A DNA stretch of 64,000 nt from Spirochaetia bacterium (lineage in GTDB: Bacteria > Spirochaetota > Spirochaetia > DSM-2461), in contig OY764216.1 of assembly GCA_963668315.1 (NCBI GenBank), positions 2,528,001 to 2,592,000 on the forward strand, in the 5' to 3' direction. Below the pieces are notes generated by a model, which did not search any database, was not told the origin of the DNA, and was given only the letters and a program-made list of their open reading frames with translations. Each line of letters starts with the position of its first letter. The stretch's first letter is position 1. A program made the translations under genes and the position numbers. Positions 58,633-64,000 of the stretch are shown here, in pieces.

Positions 58633-59835
58633 CTACTTCTTGAATTTCTCCAGTATATTTGTGACATTGGCGGCTGTACCGGCAATGAATTGGTTCAGTT
58701 CCTCCGGCGTTCGGGCCATGGATTCCTTGGGCCCGGGAAAATTCTCCGTGGCTTCGGCAAAATTGTTCCCGTTGATGAAGCCGGGGATGGCCGTGAAGGG
58801 CGTATAGTTCCCAAGCGGCCCCAGAAGAATATAGGCATCGCAAAATTCCTTCAGTTTATGGCTGTTCTTCGTTCCCAGTGAGCCGGGAGCTGCGGGCAAT
58901 TCCCCGAAGGGTGTTCCCTCTGTCAGAAAACCGAAGGAACGGTCAGAACCTTCGTATTTCTCCATAAAAGAATCCAGTACGCCGCCCAGGGGGTAATCGA
59001 TGCCGTATTTGGAATTCTTAACCGTCCAGGGGGCATGGATGAACAGAGTGCAGCTTGTGACGCCTTCCATCTGTCTGACAAGCCAGGCCGTCCTTTCCGT
59101 ATCATCGGGAAAGCCGTTTTCTATCATGTTTTCCCGGTAGGATTCCAACTGCAGAGTGGCCAGGGCGTTCTGAAAACCCGTATAGACAAGCCCTTTTCGG
59201 CCCGGTTCAATGATTTCCTTTTTAATGACCTCTGCCATATACGTATCGGGCACACCGGCGGCATAGACACGGTGGATGACGGCGGGATCTTCCGAGTCTT
59301 TACCCGTCTGTATCACCGACCAGTTCTGCCGGGGACTCAGGCCGATAAGGCGCAGCCCTTCGGCTTCATTAACGCTCCGGTTGATATTCCATACGGCTTT
59401 CATCATATCCAGGTATTCCCTGTATCCGTTCATCACAAGATTGTGAAAGAGGAGCTCTCTGGCAAGGGATTCGTCAAATTCGGGGGCGGAAAGGAGAGCG
59501 TCGATCTCTTCCTGGTCTTCGTAATTCAGAAAGAAAACACCCAGCCGGGTTACCCCCGCGTCTCCCATGTCGGGCAGAAGGCCCGTGACAAAAGCAGCTG
59601 TTTCATGATATTTACCCGGCTCACCTATGAAGGTTATCTGGTGATCCGTCAGAAGGGACATCAGAATCTCTTCGGGGGTCATATCGTGTTCAGAACGATA
59701 GTCGATCAGTCGTTCGATTGTCTGTTTGGAAGCTCCCGGTCTGTCCAGAGAGTTCCTTTTGAAAAAAGGAACAATGACAAACCCGATGATAAAAACTACC
59801 ATTACTATGGTAAAGGGCATATTTCTTTGTCTCAT
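58633..59835 (-). CDS. Membrane-anchored hypothetical protein, possible EreA/ChaN-like fold
   Basis: N-terminal TM; ITFIGE, GVTRLGV, LRLIGL, DTYMA..I, KGLVYTG pattern resembles EreA/ChaN-superfamily strands. Confidence 0.6.
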   Translation of the reverse strand: MRQRNMPFTIVMVVFIIGFVIVPFFKRNSLDRPGASKQTIERLIDYRSEHDMTPEEILMSLLTDHQITFIGEPGKYHETAAFVTGLLPDMGDAGVTRLGVFFLNYEDQEEIDALLSAPEFDESLARELLFHNLVMNGYREYLDMMKAVWNINRSVNEAEGLRLIGLSPRQNWSVIQTGKDSEDPAVIHRVYAAGVPDTYMAEVIKKEIIEPGRKGLVYTGFQNALATLQLESYRENMIENGFPDDTERTAWLVRQMEGVTSCTLFIHAPWTVKNSKYGIDYPLGGVLDSFMEKYEGSDRSFGFLTEGTPFGELPAAPGSLGTKNSHKLKEFCDAYILLGPLGNYTPFTAIPGFINGNNFAEATENFPGPKESMARTPEELNQFIAGTAANVTNILEKFKK

Positions 59836-59899
59836 ACCCGGAAAAGTATCCCTTATCTTGGGGAAACAGTCAAGGGAAGGATAAACAGCCTCTTACGGG

Positions 59900-60574
59900 T
59901 TAATAACCAGAATAGGCAGAGTCCCAGGGGATGGTGTAATCTATGCTATTTCCCAGCCTGTCCATAACTTCATCATCGTGGTAGAGAAGGGGCGCGGCGT
60001 CGGCCCGGTAGGATTTCCCGTCGTAGGTATAGCGGACAGCCTGATGATGGCGTGACTTGAGGGAGTAGGGCGTGCCGCCCCTCTTGTCGGTCATATCGAT
60101 AGAACCGTTGCAGCAGCAGAGGTAAACAGATTCGGGGGATTCCACTTTTACGAAAAAAGCCGTTCCCCTGATTCCTGCCGTCGACAGGGCTGTCGTAAGC
60201 GTAAAACCGCCGTCGTCCAGAAGGAGGGCATCAAGTTTTTCCAGGAGCAGGGCCATCTGCCCCTTCTCCAGTTGGATATTTCCCCTGCCGGAGCCGATGT
60301 CCAGCCGGGTAACCGTATCGGGACCGATGCGGAAAATATTTTTATCGGCAAAACGGATTTCGCAGAAACCGGCAGGACCAGTCGTCACAGAGGAACCGGC
60401 GGGGACATCCTGCCCCAGGGAAGCCGTTTCATTATTGATTTTTACCTCACCTTCGATATACACCGTCTTCATGATCACCTTCTCCGGGACAGCCGGGGAC
60501 GTGTCGCTTTTCCCTTCTGCCTGAAGGGACAGGGCGAAAATCGTCAGGAGCAGCAGGTAAAATCCTTTTGGCAC
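59900..60574 (-). CDS. Secreted FecR-domain protein
   Basis: Signal peptide; VTTGPAGFCEIRFAD, IQLEKG, TAGIRGTAFFV; RBS AAGGAAG, GTG start. Confidence 0.8.
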   Translation of the reverse strand: MPKGFYLLLLTIFALSLQAEGKSDTSPAVPEKVIMKTVYIEGEVKINNETASLGQDVPAGSSVTTGPAGFCEIRFADKNIFRIGPDTVTRLDIGSGRGNIQLEKGQMALLLEKLDALLLDDGGFTLTTALSTAGIRGTAFFVKVESPESVYLCCCNGSIDMTDKRGGTPYSLKSRHHQAVRYTYDGKSYRADAAPLLYHDDEVMDRLGNSIDYTIPWDSAYSGY

Positions 60575-60769
60575 TAGTTTTCTTCCTTATTCCATCCCTT
60601 GATAAGCATAAGTACAATCACGGAGAGCATAGACAAGGTCATCAGTAAAAACATATTATCCTTTCCTTTTTACTTGATATCTTCTACTTTATCGGCCATA
60701 AATATGGCAGGAATGTGGCAGGAATGATTATTTTTTATGATTGTCCTGTGTTTTTTCTATAAACGGAAC

Positions 60770-60788
60770 AGACCCTGAGGGTCTTTTC
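60770..60788 (+). terminator. Possible intrinsic terminator hairpin
   Basis: AGACCC-TGA-GGGTCT followed by TTTT. Confidence 0.4.
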
Positions 60789-60915
60789 TCCTTCACCCGA
60801 TTAGGGAGATATCCCCGGCGAGAAGCAGCCGCTTCGGCACATTTTACCCGATCAGGACCGGGGGGCGCTGGAAATTTCATTCCGTGACGGATAGAATGGG
60901 GGCAGGAGAATACAT

Positions 60916-61785
60916 GTGACTATCCATATTGATATGACGGCCGCCGAACAGTCTGTTCAGATCTGCGGCATCCTGAGAAAGGGGAGTACCGTTCCCTCTT
61001 CGGCATGGAGATCCTTATACCGGACGGAGGGGGTCAAGACCCTGACAGAAAGCGGTTTCAGGAAGAATCGGGAAATCAGAGTTTATCTTGAGTCTTTGGG
61101 GAGGGAGGGCGAAGAACGGACCCTGCCCGATTCTCATGGGCTGGAAACTTTGAAGAACGGGGCGGAGGAAGCGGGCCGGGAGGTCATCTCAGAAGCCGCG
61201 CACTGGCTGACCCCTGCAGCCGGCGGGAAAGACGTCACCATCTGCCTGGCCCTTTTCGGCGACGGCGCGGAAGACTCCGATCCCCCGGTGATGGATGCCT
61301 CCTACGCCTGCTCCCTCGGTCCGGCGGATCTGAAGAGACAGGTGGCTAAACTGATTCTTACCTGCCTTCTGAAAAGGCATCAGAATCTGGAAAGATATTA
61401 CCTTAAGAATTTTCTTCCCATAAGACGGCATATGGATTTTATTTATGCCCTGTGGGAAATACAGATCAACGGCCTGGTTTCCCTGCTTGCAGAGGAGGAT
61501 GTCAAGGGGGAGGAAGACTTCTCTGCCATGGAGACTCTTCTGGCGGCCGCCGCCCGGGCGGACCGGAAGGGACTGGTTCAGCTGGGCAGACAGTTCCGGG
61601 AGGAAGTTGACACAGAGGCCGCGGGCAGGAACTTATACCGCCGGTGGGAAGGGGATCCGGAAGCTATCGGTGATACTCTGGCAAAACCGACGGCTCCCTT
61701 TCTTCTCTTGAGGCGGAAGGGGGAGGACATCTTCAGTCCAGAGGCCTCCTTTTTTCTGGATCAGCTTGATTCTCTGCTCTCCTGA
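60916..61785 (+). CDS. Hypothetical protein (weak resemblance to zincin/DUF5700-like proteins, no HExxH)
   Basis: 289-aa ORF, RBS AGGAG, GTG start. Confidence 0.6.
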   Translation: MTIHIDMTAAEQSVQICGILRKGSTVPSSAWRSLYRTEGVKTLTESGFRKNREIRVYLESLGREGEERTLPDSHGLETLKNGAEEAGREVISEAAHWLTPAAGGKDVTICLALFGDGAEDSDPPVMDASYACSLGPADLKRQVAKLILTCLLKRHQNLERYYLKNFLPIRRHMDFIYALWEIQINGLVSLLAEEDVKGEEDFSAMETLLAAAARADRKGLVQLGRQFREEVDTEAAGRNLYRRWEGDPEAIGDTLAKPTAPFLLLRRKGEDIFSPEASFFLDQLDSLLS

Positions 61786-61818
61786 TTTCATCCGGGCAGG
61801 CCGTTCAAGCGATAACGC

Positions 61819-61847
61819 TTGTCCCCTGATAAGACATGGGCTATAAT
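61819..61847 (+). promoter_or_regulatory. Putative sigma70 promoter (near-leaderless) for the TPR-HEPN-like gene
   Basis: TTGTCC (61819-24), 17 nt, TATAAT (61842-47); ATG at 61856. Confidence 0.7.
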
Positions 61848-61855
61848 AGGGACCG

Positions 61856-63361
61856 ATGGGGAAATTGAAACTACGGGAAGTTATCTTCAAAGCAAGAAAA
61901 CTGATGGAAAACGGGGAGTACCGCAAGGCATTCGATCTGGTTATCGATGTGCCGGCCGAAGACGCCCGCGACCTTTTTAACAAAGTGGCCTGTCTGACCG
62001 ACATAGGTTTTGTCCTCAGGGACGAGAAGGTGCTGCGCTACGGAATTTATCTCCTGGAAAACCACGGAGAGGAAATCGCCCTCGTTCCGGAGTATACTCC
62101 CTTTGTTTATATCAATCTGGCCAATCAGTATGCCAATATGGGAGCCCTATACTCCTATAATGACGATTTCTGGTCCTTCTACCGGGAAAGCGAACTGGAC
62201 AGGGCGAAGAACTGTTACCTGAAAGCACTGGAAGCGGATGACCTTAAGCCCGCCCTCAAGGGGGAAATCTACGGGAATCTGGCATCGGTCTATCTGAATC
62301 TGGGCCGGCGCTGGGAAGCCCTGGAGTGCTACGAGCACGCCTTGAGCCAGAGGGAAACGGACAGGCATTTTCTGGAGAAGAAATGCTCCCTCATGCTGGA
62401 AATGGCCCATTTTAACGATGAGAACCGTCAGATCCTTTTCAGGGAAGTGTTCGCCAGGGCCCGGGAGGTCATGGCCGACAGGGAGGATTACGACCGGCAG
62501 GAGCGTTTCAAGGCCATGATCTCCTACCTCGAAGGAATCCTGAGCGGAGAAGAGAAGGAAGAGGAGGGTATTTATCCTTCCGGAACCCTGGAAACGGAGG
62601 ACTCCTTTCACCACTACTATGTGGGATTCTGCGTGAAAAAACGCCTATACGTGAATATCTGCAGCTTCTGCTGCCGCTGCGACTTCTCCGTGGGGGACCG
62701 GGCCGTTTTCGATTCCCGCCGCTTCCAGCTGCAGAGGGGAGAGGGGAACTACTACAAGCTGGTTTCCGGCTTCAACCGACTGAAGGAGCGGTTCATGGCG
62801 GGCCGTTATCTTCTAGGACTGGCGGGATTTGAAGAGGGCAGTCTGGCCTTTGCCGAAATGATGGCTCCCCGGGCGAAACTGAGAGAATACAAAGAGCGGA
62901 GTCTGAACGAAACCCTGTGCGAGACGGCCTTCATGACGGGATGGGAGATCATCGAAAGCATTGGGCCTCTCCTCTCCCTCTTCCTCGATGGGAAGAGCCA
63001 TTTTTCCGGAACTCTGGGAGATCTTTTTGACCAGGAGGGCCCCTTTATGGAGTCCATCCGCATGGAGAGGCACCCGGCTCTTCATGCCATCTATAATATT
63101 TATTATGATCTGACAAGGGGAATATACCGTTATCTTTTTCATATGAACGGTACGCTGAGGAGGCCTTTTACCGATGAACTCTCCCTGGAAACCTATCCCA
63201 GACGGGGGCAGCTGGAAAGCACCATCCTCCTGTACAGGAATCTGAGGAACATCATTATCTACCTCATGTCCCTTTTCGACAGCCGGGAGACCGAGTGGCA
63301 CGGGGAAGCGGATTTCCAGCTCTTTTCTTTTCACCTCCCCGATTCTCTAATCTACAGGTAG
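61856..63361 (+). CDS. TPR-repeat protein with C-terminal LA2681-like HEPN-type domain
   Basis: TPR (NLANQY, YGNLASVYLNLGRRWEALECYEHAL); YVGFCVKKRLYVN, FNRLKERFMAGRYLL, LRNIIIYL. Confidence 0.68.
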   Translation: MGKLKLREVIFKARKLMENGEYRKAFDLVIDVPAEDARDLFNKVACLTDIGFVLRDEKVLRYGIYLLENHGEEIALVPEYTPFVYINLANQYANMGALYSYNDDFWSFYRESELDRAKNCYLKALEADDLKPALKGEIYGNLASVYLNLGRRWEALECYEHALSQRETDRHFLEKKCSLMLEMAHFNDENRQILFREVFARAREVMADREDYDRQERFKAMISYLEGILSGEEKEEEGIYPSGTLETEDSFHHYYVGFCVKKRLYVNICSFCCRCDFSVGDRAVFDSRRFQLQRGEGNYYKLVSGFNRLKERFMAGRYLLGLAGFEEGSLAFAEMMAPRAKLREYKERSLNETLCETAFMTGWEIIESIGPLLSLFLDGKSHFSGTLGDLFDQEGPFMESIRMERHPALHAIYNIYYDLTRGIYRYLFHMNGTLRRPFTDELSLETYPRRGQLESTILLYRNLRNIIIYLMSLFDSRETEWHGEADFQLFSFHLPDSLIYR

Positions 63362-63433
63362 GCGTAGAGGTTTCTTTTCCCGGGAGAAGGGAGGGGCCGT
63401 TTCTATCCGGCAGCCGGGGGAAGAAGAAAAAAC

Positions 63434-63462
63434 TTGATTGCCCTGTGGTTTTACTGTAAAAT
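63434..63462 (+). promoter_or_regulatory. Putative sigma70 promoter (leaderless) for the acyltransferase
   Basis: TTGATT (63434-39), 17 nt, TAAAAT (63457-62); ATG at 63470. Confidence 0.65.
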
Positions 63463-63469
63463 CAGGTTA

Positions 63470-64000
63470 ATGAAAAAAGCATCCCTACCGATTAAAATCC
63501 TCTTTATAATGCATCGGGTGTTTTTGGCCTTGTTTTATCTGCTGTTGCGGCTTACCGTCGGCACTTTTATCCGGATCAAATATCATCCCCGTTACATCAA
63601 ACCGAAAGAAGTGGGCCGCCTGCGTACGCCCTATATCGTTCTGGCCGACCATGTCCATATCATGGATCCCTTTTTCAACGGACTGGGACTGCGGCCCGTG
63701 ATCCACTGGGTGGCGGCGGACGCCAACTTCCGCACCCCCTTTATGAAGTTCGTCATGACCTTTCTTGCCGGCGCGATCGCCAAAACCAAGAACCGCTCCG
63801 ACCTGGTCACCCTGAGCCGCATGAAGCTCCTTGCCGATCTGGGCTGTGTCATCGGCGTCTATCAGGAGGGGGAACGAAGCTGGGACGGGGTGGGACTGCC
63901 GGCGGTTCCGGGAACGGACAAACTGATCCGGTTTCTTAAGATCCCCGTGGTCTACGCCCATCTGGAAGGGGCGTATCTGGACCATCCCCGCTGGTCCTGG
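63470..64000 (+). CDS. Lysophospholipid/1-acylglycerol-3-phosphate acyltransferase (PlsC family), runs off the window
   Basis: Translated by hand (not in the ORF track): MKKASLPIK...YIVLADHVHIMDPF (HxxxxD)...VYQEGERSWDG...PRWS. Confidence 0.85.
   Translation, partial: MKKASLPIKILFIMHRVFLALFYLLLRLTVGTFIRIKYHPRYIKPKEVGRLRTPYIVLADHVHIMDPFFNGLGLRPVIHWVAADANFRTPFMKFVMTFLAGAIAKTKNRSDLVTLSRMKLLADLGCVIGVYQEGERSWDGVGLPAVPGTDKLIRFLKIPVVYAHLEGAYLDHPRWSW

Noticed and set aside
63485..63985. 166-aa minus-strand ORF
   Set aside because: Antisense to the + strand PlsC-type acyltransferase that runs off the window edge
1..64000. rRNA, tRNA, riboswitch, IS element or prophage
   Set aside because: None recognised by eye; intergenic gaps are short. 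A tRNAscan/Infernal run would be needed to exclude small RNAs formally

Overview
Chromosomal window from a flagellated spirochaete (Spirochaetia), judged from FlbB, spirochaete-type FlgE/FlhB, FliY, Jag_N-FapA and Borrelia/Treponema-like gene order. The left end (0.1-7.2 kb) holds an orphan sensor histidine kinase with an unusual duplicated N-terminal domain, an RND efflux pair and an FMN reductase. The core (7.66-52.1 kb) is 48 co-directional, tightly packed genes: a reduced dcw cluster (mraZ rsmH ftsL murF mraY ftsW ftsQ ftsA ftsZ), xerD-TPR lipoprotein-dprA-xerC-hslVU, the flgB-to-flhG flagellar block, then flgV-like, fliA, fapA, two conserved hypotheticals, a degenerate orphan CheA and a HAD hydrolase. 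The right end (52-64 kb) is accessory: GAF/HD-GYP, NYN-LOTUS, DMT transporter, a MinD/FlhG-like ATPase with a large insertion plus a small partner, TrmH, EreA/ChaN-like, FecR-like, a TPR-LA2681-HEPN-like protein and a partial PlsC-type acyltransferase. Highlights: a 103-aa uncharged Met/Gln/Gly/Asn prion-like tandem repeat inside FliY, whose CheC phosphatase motifs are degenerate; nine exactly 10-bp-phased GG boxes over the mraZ promoter and start; FlgE K165/C178 lysinoalanine cross-link residues; a Prp-protease-like LQWF/A motif in FlhB; five probably leaderless genes; and several apparent pseudo-enzymes. No rRNA, tRNA, CRISPR or mobile element was recognised. All family calls are from motif recognition by eye; no database searches were run.
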